Below, one piece after another: positions 25,269-33,488 of a DNA stretch of 51,310 nucleotides. Origin of the DNA: Candidatus Nanoarchaeia archaeon (lineage in GTDB: Archaea; Nanobdellota; Nanobdellia; SCGC-AAA011-G17; DATDVL01); NCBI GenBank assembly GCA_035290025.1, contig DATDVL010000017.1:1-51310 (forward strand). Reading direction: 5' to 3'. The position numbers and the translations under genes are program-made. How positions within the stretch are numbered: position 1 is the first letter of the stretch; the number at the start of each line of letters is the position of its first letter. The notes under the pieces are model-generated. The model made no database searches and was not told the DNA's origin. It worked only from the letters and a program-made list of their open reading frames with translations.

Positions 25269-25859
25269 TTATTGCGGTGCGTGATAAGCAGAAATAAAGT
25301 TTTGATGGTCTTCTTCAGTGTCAAGTCCTGTGTGAAAGAATGGTTGTTGGAGGAGGTAGTGGAAGAATGTTGAGTTTAAGGGTACGTTTCCTGCGCAGAC
25401 GAGGAGTTGTGTGACTGCTGGTAGCTTGAATGCTTCTTGTAAAATTTTGAGTGCGGGGTTTTCGCCAGGTTGGTAGGTGAAAATACGAATGACACCTTGT
25501 AGCCCAAATGTTCTTTTTTCTTGTTCGTTGAGGAATAGGACTTCTGATGGTCTTCGTGGTGGTTCTATGCTGATGTAACATTCTTTGTCCCATAGTCTAT
25601 GGGCTGGTTTTCTGCATTGTCTGTCGTGTTCTGGGTGTCCGAGAAAGGTGAGTATGTCTTGAAGAGATAGGGGTGTGAATAAGCTTTCGTTGTCCCACCA
25701 GCGAAAGGTGTGTCCACTTCTTTGCAGGACGGTGTAGTCTGCTACACTGCAAGGTTCTCTGAAAATGGAATGTTTTCTTCGTTCTGGTAGTAGGTGGTTT
25801 CCTACAGCGGATGTTAGTTTAGCAGTTAGTGTTGTATCAATGAGTGAAGTAAATGTCAT
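25269..25859 (-). CDS. hypothetical protein (196 aa)
   Basis: ATG at 25859, normal composition. No family recognised. Confidence 0.5.
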   Translation of the reverse strand: MTFTSLIDTTLTAKLTSAVGNHLLPERRKHSIFREPCSVADYTVLQRSGHTFRWWDNESLFTPLSLQDILTFLGHPEHDRQCRKPAHRLWDKECYISIEPPRRPSEVLFLNEQEKRTFGLQGVIRIFTYQPGENPALKILQEAFKLPAVTQLLVCAGNVPLNSTFFHYLLQQPFFHTGLDTEEDHQNFISAYHAPQ

Positions 25860-25872
25860 GATTTATGGAGAA

Positions 25873-26055
25873 TTATGCTTTTTTTACTGTGCCTTTTTCG
25901 TAGCGTGTTGTCCATTTCGTGCGCAGGGGTTTTCTTCCCATGTTAGTATTTTTTTCGCATTTGGAGCTGCAGAAGAAAGATATTCTTCCGTCGTCTTTGA
26001 TGAACATTTTTCCTGTTCCTGGTTCTAGTTCGTTACCACAGAAGGAGCATTTCAT
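25873..26055 (-). CDS. rpl24e: 50S ribosomal protein L24e
   Basis: [36 protein letters not shown] is a zinc-ribbon L24e. ATGA overlap with rps28e. Confidence 0.9.
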   Translation of the reverse strand: MKCSFCGNELEPGTGKMFIKDDGRISFFCSSKCEKNTNMGRKPLRTKWTTRYEKGTVKKA

Positions 26056-26399
26056 GATCGTCCTCCGCTGCTACTGCTCGATCCTGTTTTTCCACCTTGG
26101 GTGAGTTTGCGTGCTTCTATTTCTGTTTCTCTGAGCATGAGCGTGTCTTTTTCTCTGACAGGTCCTTTGACGTTTCTTCTGATGACTTTTCCTTTGTCAG
26201 GTCCGTCGAGTATTTTGCAGCGTACTTGGATGATGCCTCCGCGTGTTCCTGTTCTTCCGACGATTTCTTCAACAGTTGCAGGGAATGCGGTGGTAAATTT
26301 GATAGTTTGTGTTCCTCTTTCTTCTGTTGCGGGCTTTCCAGCAACTGCAGGTGGTTTTCCTGCGGGTTTTTTCTGGGGTAATTCTTTGGTGGGTTCCAT
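26052..26399 (-). CDS. rps28e: 30S ribosomal protein S28e with N- and C-terminal low-complexity extensions
   Basis: The core is [60 protein letters not shown]. It is preceded by about 39 aa rich in K/P/A and followed by a [13 protein letters not shown] tail. Confidence 0.85.
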   Translation of the reverse strand: MEPTKELPQKKPAGKPPAVAGKPATEERGTQTIKFTTAFPATVEEIVGRTGTRGGIIQVRCKILDGPDKGKVIRRNVKGPVREKDTLMLRETEIEARKLTQGGKTGSSSSSGGRS

Positions 26400-26400
26400 G

Positions 26401-26739
26401 TTATGCTTTTATTTTTTTTGTGAGTTCATCAAGAAGTGCTTTTGCATCTCCTTCTTTGGTGATGGCTACTGCTGCTGTTGCGACGGTTAGTCCTGCTGCT
26501 GCTCCTAATTCTTCTTTGCTGGGTACGGCAATGCAGGGAATATTTTTTTCTTTGCAGAGTAAGGGCAGGTGCATGATGACTTCTTTAGGATTGACGTCTT
26601 CTGCATACAGGACGAGTTTTGCTGTTCCTCGTTCAGCAACTTTGGTAACTTCGTTGCTTCCTTTCTTAATTTTTCCAGATTTCTTTGCTATTTCTATTGC
26701 CTCGTAGGCCTTATCGATGAGTTCTTTAGATTGTGCCAT
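26401..26739 (-). CDS. rpl7ae: 50S ribosomal protein L7Ae
   Basis: [57 protein letters not shown] is present. ATG at 26739 with a GGAGG SD. The ORF-track GTG at 26754 is probably not used. Confidence 0.9.
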   Translation of the reverse strand: MAQSKELIDKAYEAIEIAKKSGKIKKGSNEVTKVAERGTAKLVLYAEDVNPKEVIMHLPLLCKEKNIPCIAVPSKEELGAAAGLTVATAAVAITKEGDAKALLDELTKKIKA

Positions 26740-26811
26740 TGTATTTCCCTCCACAGGTCATAGGTTTACTTATTTTCTTTTGAAGATGCTTTAAAAAGGT
26801 ATCGGTGGTTT

Positions 26812-27375
26812 TTAGGTAGTTGCATGGCTGGTTTGGTAGTAGTTGGCTATATGTTCTATGCCTCGTATTAGACAGTTTTTCCGTGGTGGTAGGTTATCGG
26901 CTGTACTGACAAGGAATCCTAGTGTAAAACTTGCAGCGGATAATATTGCATGATCTCCTCGTAATGTACTCCAAGTATCCTGAGGTAATGCTGGCTGTGT
27001 GTGGATTACTATTTGTGCTAAAGCTCCTGGTATTCCTAAAGTATAGGCAAGCATTTTGTTCCTTCTTTTAATTATTTCTGCTTTCAGGTTCAGTGTGTTT
27101 TCCTTTCTTCTTTCTTCAAGTTGGTGGAGTAGATGGTTTCCTTTGCAAAATACACCAGCAGAAAATAAAGGAATTAGCGCCAGTAGGGTTCCTCCTAAAT
27201 CTGGCTTAAAGTCTGGTCCAAGTGTCATCATATATGCTCCTTCTATTCCATAAGTTAGAAAACAAAGGTCTGCTAGTTCTGTTTTTGTTCTTCCTGTTGT
27301 CCAGTTCCAGTATTGGTTGATAGTGTTGACGCTTTGCATGATATAGTCGTCAATGGTAAAGAAAGGGTTTTTCAT
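26812..27375 (-). CDS. membrane protein, paralogue of 16408-16956
   Basis: See 16408-16956; the two share the conserved N-terminal NPF-TID-Y-M...W-N-TTGRT block. Confidence 0.55.
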   Translation of the reverse strand: MKNPFFTIDDYIMQSVNTINQYWNWTTGRTKTELADLCFLTYGIEGAYMMTLGPDFKPDLGGTLLALIPLFSAGVFCKGNHLLHQLEERRKENTLNLKAEIIKRRNKMLAYTLGIPGALAQIVIHTQPALPQDTWSTLRGDHAILSAASFTLGFLVSTADNLPPRKNCLIRGIEHIANYYQTSHATT

Positions 27376-27424
27376 AGATTTTTGGTGTTTTCCAGTTTTA
27401 TTTAAGGGTTGTGAACTTGTTTTT

Positions 27425-27922
27425 TTATGCTGCAGGTTTGTAATGTTCTAGTTCTTGAATGCTTATGCCTTGTTGTGGTATGCCAAGTGTTTGTAGGTAA
27501 TGGTTGATAGCATATATTTCTTTGCCAAATCCTCGTCGTAGTGCTTCTCGGTCGATACGTCGTTCGTAGCGTTTTGTGTAGGCTAGATCATGGTCATATC
27601 GTTGTAGGAATAGCTGTTCGCTGCTGGGTCTTTTTTTTCGTCGTCGCGTGTCTCTTACGATGTGGCTCATTTCGTGTGCTAGTCCTCCGTGGAGAACTGT
27701 TGGTGGTGCTTGTTTGAATAGTCTTCTGAAGGTTATGAGGTAGTCTCCGTCTTCGTAGGCTTCTACTTGTATGGATCCGTCGTCATCGTCTTTGAGGTCT
27801 AGGTAGATGGTTGTTGTTGTGAGTTCTGGGAATCCTTGGGTGATGACTTCGTCGCAGAGGGTGACGAGTTCTTCCAGGAATGCTTCGTCTGTTTTATCGG
27901 TGGAGGTACCAGAGGGTGACAT
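27425..27922 (-). CDS. small putative zinc metallopeptidase (HExxH)
   Basis: GGLAHEMSHIV contains HExxH. 165 aa, acidic N-terminal half. Overlaps the gltX 3' end by 29 nt. Confidence 0.5.
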   Translation of the reverse strand: MSPSGTSTDKTDEAFLEELVTLCDEVITQGFPELTTTTIYLDLKDDDDGSIQVEAYEDGDYLITFRRLFKQAPPTVLHGGLAHEMSHIVRDTRRRKKRPSSEQLFLQRYDHDLAYTKRYERRIDREALRRGFGKEIYAINHYLQTLGIPQQGISIQELEHYKPAA

Positions 27923-29552
27923 GGTCTTTTTCTTTTTTGTCTATGCTGCAGAAGTATTTTCTTTCGAATTGTATAATATCTCCTTCTTCTTGTTGCATGA
28001 TTCCAGGTTCGGTGAATCCGTGCCTGATGCTGCCGTCGTCCATGACGATGGTTACTTTGATGAGGTGTTCTTCTACAGGTAGCCAGTGTATCATGGTTGC
28101 TTTGAGTTGTTGGTCGACGTCAGTGCTGATATAATTACTGTCTTTGAAGTTGAATCCGTGCATGAGTCGGTAAGTTTTTCCTGGTTGGATGTCATCGTCA
28201 ACGTAGTATTCTTTTCCTAGGTTGAGTGTTCTTGTTCCTCGTTGTTTGTCTTCGGGGTGGAGTGGTGCGTGTGTTTGCTTTCCAGGTACACTATTGATTA
28301 TTACTTTTTTCATGGTTTCTACAAGGAAGTATCTGTTGGCTTCGTTATTGATGGCTTTTCTGTTTTCGCTGTAGAGTGCATCTATAGGTACTGTTATTTC
28401 TGTTTGGTTCATGCCGAAGTTGAGGATGAATGTTCTTATGCTTGCGGGTTTGAATCCTCGTCGTTGGAGGCTTTGGAGGCTCCAGGTTCGTGGGTCGTCC
28501 CATCCTGTGTATGTTCCGCTTTTGACTTCTTGTTTGCTTTTGCTTTTGCTGAGTTTTACTCCTTCGAATTGTAGTAGCCCTGCGTGGAGGAGTTCTGGTC
28601 CTTGCCATCCGTAGATGTTCCAGATAAATCGTTCCATGTCGCTTTCTATCATGAGTTCTTTTCCTCTGATGACATGGGTGATGCCGAGGAGGTAGTCGTC
28701 AATTGCCCAGCTGAATTCTAGCATGGGCCATACGCGGTATTTTTTCCCTACTTTGGGGTGTTCTCGTTCGCAGATGCGGAAGAGTACTCTATCTCTGAAT
28801 GCGGGGTTGGGGTGTTGTATGTCTGTTTTTATGCGTAGTGCTGCTGTTCCTTCGGGTTGGGTGAACATGGCTTGCCATGCTTTTTTGGTGATGTCTAGAG
28901 TTTGGCTTCTACAGCCGCAGGCTATTCCTGCTGCTCGTTTTTCTCGTAGTTGTTCTGATGGGCAAGTGCATACATAGGCTGCTCCTTTGTCGATGAGTTG
29001 TTCTGCGTATTGGTAGTAAATGTCGAGTCTGTCTGATTTGTAGATTATGTTGTTGTCGTAGTTGACGCCTAGCCATTGTAGTCCTTCGGGTATGAGGTTG
29101 TAGGCGTCGGGTTCGATGTTTTTCTCTTCGCTGCCGATGGTGTCGTCAATAACTAAAAGTAATTTTCCTTTGTGTTTTTTTACGTATTCGTCGTTGAGTA
29201 ATGCTGGTCGTGCGTTGCCGATGTGGAGTGGTCCTGATGGGTAGGGTGCGAATCTCATGACAACATTTTTTTTAACGTTGGGAAGTGCAGGGAGTACGCG
29301 TTCTTCTTCAATATGTTCTTTTTTTTCGAAGAGTTCTGGGAATTCTTTTTGTGCTAACTTTATTTGTTCCGCGAGTGTTTTGCTGTTGATGTCGTTGATG
29401 ATAGTTTGTACGTTTTTGATGAGTTGTTGTTTATTTTCTTTAGGGTATTCTGCAATAATTTTTCCTATGACTGATCCCCGGTTTGCTTTTCCTTCGTATT
29501 TTATGGCGTTGTCTAGGGTGTGTTTTCTTATGGCTGTTTCTAGCTTGGTCAT
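27894..29552 (-). CDS. gltX: glutamate--tRNA ligase (archaeal type)
   Basis: HIGH motif RFAPYPSGPLHIGNARPAL and KMSKS-type motif KLSKS. I take the ATG at 29552 (MTKLETAIRKHTLDNAIKYEGKAN), which lies 25-30 nt downstream of gcatttaaaag, rather than the TTG at 29612. Confidence 0.9.
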   Translation of the reverse strand: MTKLETAIRKHTLDNAIKYEGKANRGSVIGKIIAEYPKENKQQLIKNVQTIINDINSKTLAEQIKLAQKEFPELFEKKEHIEEERVLPALPNVKKNVVMRFAPYPSGPLHIGNARPALLNDEYVKKHKGKLLLVIDDTIGSEEKNIEPDAYNLIPEGLQWLGVNYDNNIIYKSDRLDIYYQYAEQLIDKGAAYVCTCPSEQLREKRAAGIACGCRSQTLDITKKAWQAMFTQPEGTAALRIKTDIQHPNPAFRDRVLFRICEREHPKVGKKYRVWPMLEFSWAIDDYLLGITHVIRGKELMIESDMERFIWNIYGWQGPELLHAGLLQFEGVKLSKSKSKQEVKSGTYTGWDDPRTWSLQSLQRRGFKPASIRTFILNFGMNQTEITVPIDALYSENRKAINNEANRYFLVETMKKVIINSVPGKQTHAPLHPEDKQRGTRTLNLGKEYYVDDDIQPGKTYRLMHGFNFKDSNYISTDVDQQLKATMIHWLPVEEHLIKVTIVMDDGSIRHGFTEPGIMQQEEGDIIQFERKYFCSIDKKEKDHVTLWYLHR

Positions 29553-29623
29553 TTTGTAGGGGTAGTGCTTTTCTTCTTTTAAATGCGTCGGTAGATTGTT
29601 CGTAGTTACCAATAGGTAGTACT

Positions 29624-30115
29624 ATGACAGAAAACTTTATTAAGCAGTTTGTCTATAGTAAGGGTATGTCTCGAAGAGTAGCACTTATAGGTACGGAGCA
29701 GGATATACTTCCTTTAGTAAGGGCTCGTTTAGAAGAAGCAGGACATCAGGTAGTTTATGGTCTTGAACGCCCAGGCAGAATCGTAAGACCTGATGGGTCG
29801 TATACGAAGCGTGCTTTTGAGGTTGGTCCTGAAGTAAATGATATGTTGGTTGGTCTAGTCTTAGGTGCACAACCAGATGTTACTGTGCTTTGTAACGGTC
29901 AGGGTTTTCTTGGTTTTTGTGCTGCGTATGAGCGCCGTGGGCAAGTTCCTCCTTTAGTTGCAATGACGGGTGGTGGCCAAGATATGGTTGATGCTTTGCT
30001 GCGATTTACTCCGCAGGTGTTGCGCATCCCTCAACAATTAGGTTGTTTATCTAGTACGGTTGAGCGTGTAGTTATGAATGCTGCTTATAGAACTGCTGCT
30101 TCTAGTGCTGCGTAG
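29624..30115 (+). CDS. hypothetical protein (163 aa; alternative start ATG 29666)
   Basis: Open frame with no competitor. RRVALIGTEQD...VVY suggests a Rossmann/flavodoxin-like beta-alpha start, but there is not enough for a call. Confidence 0.4.
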   Translation: MTENFIKQFVYSKGMSRRVALIGTEQDILPLVRARLEEAGHQVVYGLERPGRIVRPDGSYTKRAFEVGPEVNDMLVGLVLGAQPDVTVLCNGQGFLGFCAAYERRGQVPPLVAMTGGGQDMVDALLRFTPQVLRIPQQLGCLSSTVERVVMNAAYRTAASSAA

Positions 30116-30826
30116 TTATTGTCCGAATCTTCGTTGTCGTTGGCTGTAGTCTTCTAGGCATTGTACGAAGTGTTGTTTGTCGAATTCTGGCCACATGACG
30201 TCTAAGAATATGAGTTCGCTGTAACTATTTTGCCAGAGGAGGAAGTTGCTTAATCGTTTTTCTCCACCTGTTCTGATGATAAGGTCTGGTTCGTCTTGCA
30301 TGTAGAGGTGGTTAGTGATGCTTTGTTCGTTGATTTCCTCGGGTTGTACTTTTCCTGTTTGTACTTCTTTTGCTAGTTTTTGTACGGCGTCGACGACTTC
30401 TGCTCGTCCTCCGTAGGCGATGGCGAAGTTGATGATGTAGTGGGTGTGATTTTTTGTGCGTGCCGTTATCTTTTTCATTTGTTCTTGGAGGTCTTCTGGC
30501 AGGAGGTTTGTTCTTCCTATGAATCGGAGTTTGATGTCGTGTTCTTCTATGCGTGTGTCTGTTTCTAATTTTTTGAATGTTTTTCTGAAGACGTCCATCA
30601 AGTAGTCAAATTCTTTTTTTGGTCGGTTGAAGTTTTCTAGTGATAGGACGTAGAGGGTGAGTTCTGGGATGTGGTATTCTCTGCACCATTCGAGGACATG
30701 TTCTATTTTGTCTGCTCCCCATTCGTGTCCTTTCCATGGTTTTGCCATGAGTTTCTTTGCGAAGCGGCGGTTGCCGTCGAGAATAATGCCGATGTGTTTT
30801 GGGACGTTACTAATGGTTGGTTCCAT
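30116..30826 (-). CDS. uppS: di-trans,poly-cis-(undeca)prenyl-diphosphate synthase
   Basis: HIGIILDGNRRFAKK and FLLWQNSYSELIF...WPEF motifs are present. The ATG at 30826 (MEPTISNVPKHIG) is preferred over the long ORF-track start. Confidence 0.85.
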   Translation of the reverse strand: MEPTISNVPKHIGIILDGNRRFAKKLMAKPWKGHEWGADKIEHVLEWCREYHIPELTLYVLSLENFNRPKKEFDYLMDVFRKTFKKLETDTRIEEHDIKLRFIGRTNLLPEDLQEQMKKITARTKNHTHYIINFAIAYGGRAEVVDAVQKLAKEVQTGKVQPEEINEQSITNHLYMQDEPDLIIRTGGEKRLSNFLLWQNSYSELIFLDVMWPEFDKQHFVQCLEDYSQRQRRFGQ

Positions 30827-30901
30827 GTTCTGTTTTTTTCCGAGATAGGTTCTTTTTGTGCTTTTCTGGACCTTTTTAAGTGTTATGGATGTGGTGGTAA
30901 T

Positions 30902-30909
30902 CTTTATAT
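30902..30909 (+). promoter_or_regulatory. TATA box (ctttatat) for small ORF 30932-31114
   Basis: Centred about 26 nt upstream of the ATG at 30932. Confidence 0.35.
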
Positions 30910-30931
30910 GTTCTTGCCTGTTCCTGGGTGT

Positions 30932-31114
30932 ATGCATTTTTTGAGTCGTCGTGATGCGCGGAAATGGTTGGATGATGAGGGTATAGTGATAGACCTGGAT
31001 AAATTTTCTTTGGTTGAGGATCGTAATAAGATGTTTGTGGTCTGTTCTGATTTGCGTAAGGTTGATTTCTTTGATGAGTTGCGTGTTGTTCGTGTGGGTT
31101 ACAAGTTGTGTTAG
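30932..31114 (+). CDS. small hypothetical protein (60 aa)
   Basis: This is the in-frame distal part of ORF 30671-31114, which otherwise overlaps uppS antisense. The ATG is at correct TATA spacing. Sequence begins MHFLSRRDARKWLDDEGIVIDLDKF... Confidence 0.35.
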   Translation: MHFLSRRDARKWLDDEGIVIDLDKFSLVEDRNKMFVVCSDLRKVDFFDELRVVRVGYKLC

Positions 31115-31524
31115 TGGTAACGTTCGGTAGTGGCTGCTGCTTCAAGGATTTCTAAGTCTTGTACGATATTGTCTGTGTCTATGGTGAATCGTATTTTGTC
31201 GCCAGTTGCTAGTTTTTCTCGGGTGAATATGCGTAGGTCTTTGTTGTAGGTTGTTCGTACGCGGTAGCTTGATTCTCCGGTTGCTTTTCCTAGGACGGTT
31301 GCTTCATAGGTATACAATGTTGCTTCGGGTACTTCTTCTGTGGGTACTTCTTCTAGGGCTGTTTCTGGTTGTGGTTCTTCGAGAACGGGTGGTATTGGTG
31401 GTAATGGTTGTTCTATAGGTTGCTCTTCTTGTGATGCTATAATGGGGTCAATGGTAATGACTTCTGCGTTGTAGGCGCAGCTTGCTAAGAAAAGTAAGAG
31501 TATTAACCAAAGGAGTGGTTTCAT
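31111..31524 (-). CDS. putative secreted lipoprotein (137 aa)
   Basis: Signal peptide with lipobox: MKPLLWLILLLFLASC. A Pro/Glu-rich linker is followed by a small beta-rich domain. Confidence 0.55.
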   Translation of the reverse strand: MKPLLWLILLLFLASCAYNAEVITIDPIIASQEEQPIEQPLPPIPPVLEEPQPETALEEVPTEEVPEATLYTYEATVLGKATGESSYRVRTTYNKDLRIFTREKLATGDKIRFTIDTDNIVQDLEILEAAATTERYH

Positions 31525-31566
31525 GATTTTAGAGTAGTGATTACTATTTATTAAGGTTTGTTTTTA

Positions 31567-32214
31567 TCAAGAAAGTTCCATAAATCTAAAGTCTAAGGTG
31601 GGGATGTTTGTACCTTTAGGCATTTCGTAGACATCAAAATGGTGAATGGGGTCGCCGTCGATTATGGGTTCTATTCTTCCTAAACGTTTTCCTGTATGAA
31701 GTGCGTGTGTTTCATGTAATATTATGGCTAACGTTTTTTCTTCGAGGCGTGGGTGCATGCTTACTGCTTCATAAATTATAGTTCCTACACGGTAAACTCC
31801 TTGGACGACATAAACTCCTGACCCTGTGCCTCGGTCTTTTTCTTTGAGGAGTTCCTTTCCATCATGCTCTCCAAGATTGAGTACTTCATTAACAAGAGAA
31901 GCAACACGATCTCTCAATGCGTGACGCATAGCCTGCGCAAGCTTAAAATTAGGTTCTTCGAATGTTCTTGAAGTCAAGTTTAGTGTTGCGACAAATTGGA
32001 AAGGTGTTATGACTTGTCCTTTTGCTTTGAAGTCAGTTAAGGGAATTGTTGTAGTATCTTTTTTATAAGAAGGAACTTCTTGGATATTACCATAGTGTAC
32101 CACTGTAAGTGTAGGGTTTTCTCCTGTAGTTATTCCTGAAACAATGCCTATAGAGTTACCACGATTTTTGTCTAAGCGTACATATGTCCCTTCAGTGAGT
32201 GTTCCAATGTCCAT
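31567..32214 (-). CDS. hypothetical protein (215 aa)
   Basis: The ATG at 32214 (MDIGTLTEG) lies about 28 nt downstream of gatttaaaaag. The ORF-track TTG at 32289 is probably not used. The local skew is weaker than in neighbouring genes. Confidence 0.5.
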   Translation of the reverse strand: MDIGTLTEGTYVRLDKNRGNSIGIVSGITTGENPTLTVVHYGNIQEVPSYKKDTTTIPLTDFKAKGQVITPFQFVATLNLTSRTFEEPNFKLAQAMRHALRDRVASLVNEVLNLGEHDGKELLKEKDRGTGSGVYVVQGVYRVGTIIYEAVSMHPRLEEKTLAIILHETHALHTGKRLGRIEPIIDGDPIHHFDVYEMPKGTNIPTLDFRFMELS

Positions 32215-32333
32215 ATTCCTTAAGTAGATAGTGGTCTTTTTAAATCTTTTTATTGCAACTACTAAAGAATAGTTATCTGGAAGTTGCAAAGGTATTTATA
32301 ATCCTTTTAAATGATGATGGTTGAAGAGGTGTT

Positions 32334-32834
32334 ATGGCAAAGAAGTTTATTGTTGAGGGTTTTAAAGTAAAAGCTGATGCTGCTACGTTAGACTTAAAAG
32401 AGCTGTATAAACGTATGTGGCGTTGGTTTGAGGCTATGGGCTACTCGGCGAAAGAGACAGAGTATCGCGAGATGTCTGATGCTTCTGGTTCGCAGTCGTT
32501 GGAGATTCGTTGGGAATGTTCACGTGATGAGGATTCGTATGCGAAGCATGTTATCCAAATTGATTTTTTCTTGTTGGGTATAAAGGAAGTTGAAGTGGAG
32601 AAGAATGGTGTGCAGACCAAGTTGATGAAGGGTACGTTTGAGATTCAGATTTTTGCATTTATGGATCGTGCAAGAGGGTATGATAGTTCTTTTTTGGGGT
32701 ATGTTAAGAAGTGGTTTGAGGATTATCTTTTGAAGGATCGTTTGGATCGTCAGGAGAAGAATTTTCGTGGTGAGGTTGAGGCCTTAGTTGCGGAGATTAA
32801 GGTGTTTTTTGGGTTGTATGGTGCGTTGGTATAA
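32334..32834 (+). CDS. hypothetical protein (166 aa)
   Basis: ATG with gaagaggtg SD and a TATA-like box at 32303-32313. The 3' end overlaps convergent lspA by 51 nt. Confidence 0.5.
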   Translation: MAKKFIVEGFKVKADAATLDLKELYKRMWRWFEAMGYSAKETEYREMSDASGSQSLEIRWECSRDEDSYAKHVIQIDFFLLGIKEVEVEKNGVQTKLMKGTFEIQIFAFMDRARGYDSSFLGYVKKWFEDYLLKDRLDRQEKNFRGEVEALVAEIKVFFGLYGALV

Positions 32835-33209
32835 TTCTTTTCCCAGGCTGTAGAGTAATAATATGCCGCCGATGGTTGTTGCAGTGTCTGCGATGTTGAA
32901 ATAGGGGAAGGTAATGTAGGGTAGTTTGATAAAATCTATGACATGGCCATAAAGTATTCTGTCGGTTAAGTTGCCAAGTAGTCCTCCCATAATGAACGGG
33001 TAGGCGAAGTGGGGTTCTTGTTCTTGGTAGTAAATAAGTGCAAGCATGATAATAATGGCAAGTATGCTAAGCAAGGTGTTGTTGCCGTACAATATGCCGA
33101 AGCTTGCTCCGGTGTTGGTTACATAGGCTAGAGTGTTTTGTGCGATGTATTTAGTAATCTGATCAATGAAGAGTATAATAATACTGATAATCCAGAATTT
33201 GTTTACCAT
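32784..33209 (-). CDS. lspA: lipoprotein signal peptidase (signal peptidase II)
   Basis: LspA blocks are present: NTGASFGIL, GGLLGNLTDRILYGHVIDFI and FPYFNIADTATTIGGILLL (both catalytic Asp contexts). 141 aa with 4 TM segments. Confidence 0.75.
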   Translation of the reverse strand: MVNKFWIISIIILFIDQITKYIAQNTLAYVTNTGASFGILYGNNTLLSILAIIIMLALIYYQEQEPHFAYPFIMGGLLGNLTDRILYGHVIDFIKLPYITFPYFNIADTATTIGGILLLYSLGKELYQRTIQPKKHLNLRN

Positions 33210-33427
33210 TGTTTTCGTTGTTGGTCGTAGGTAGTTTTTTCTAGGCTTGCTAGTCGTTGGTGTAAATTTTCTAGTCGTGCGTTGATCAGGTCGAGTTTGG
33301 TATTAAGGAGGCTGAATTCTTTTGCTAAGTCTAGGATGGGTGGTGTCAGTAAAGGGTGGAGTTGTTGCTCGGGTGTTTTCAGTTCTGGTACTAATCGTTC
33401 CTCTTTTTTCTTGCCGAATATGCCCAT
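33203..33427 (-). CDS. small coiled-coil protein (74 aa), upstream of lspA
   Basis: ATG at 33427. Heptad-like LNTKLDLINARLENLHQRLASLEK. Overlaps the lspA start by 7 nt. Confidence 0.4.
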   Translation of the reverse strand: MGIFGKKKEERLVPELKTPEQQLHPLLTPPILDLAKEFSLLNTKLDLINARLENLHQRLASLEKTTYDQQRKQW

Positions 33428-33451
33428 GCAAAGGCTTATAACTGGGTTTTA

Positions 33452-33462
33452 CTATTTAAATC
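33452..33462. promoter_or_regulatory. TATA box (ctatttaaatc) between divergent 33427 and 33489 genes
   Basis: Centred about 30 nt from the ATG at 33427 (minus) and about 32 nt from the ATG at 33489 (plus). Confidence 0.45.
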
Positions 33463-33488
33463 TTGTCTATGAAGAGGTGCTCGGACAG

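Noticed and set aside
29553-29612. TTG/GTG-initiated N-terminal extensions proposed by the ORF track for gltX (29612). The same applies to uppS (30937), 31567-32289, the NOL1/NOP2 methyltransferase (24802), trmB (13437), rpl7ae (26754), 15633, 21525, 22216, 22840 and 23294.
   Set aside because: In each case an internal ATG sits 22-30 nt downstream of a TATA-like box, or just after an SD site, and coincides with the usual family N-terminus.
30671-30931. The first 87 codons of ORF 30671-31114.
   Set aside because: This part is antisense to the well-supported uppS coding region and has low-complexity F/C/V-rich content. Only the part downstream of the ATG at 30932 is retained as a possible small gene.
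33282-33488. The 5' extension of the 558-aa ORF 33282-34958.
   Set aside because: It overlaps the divergent gene 33203-33427 and the shared TATA box. The ATG at 33489 has proper promoter spacing and begins a sensible N-terminus.
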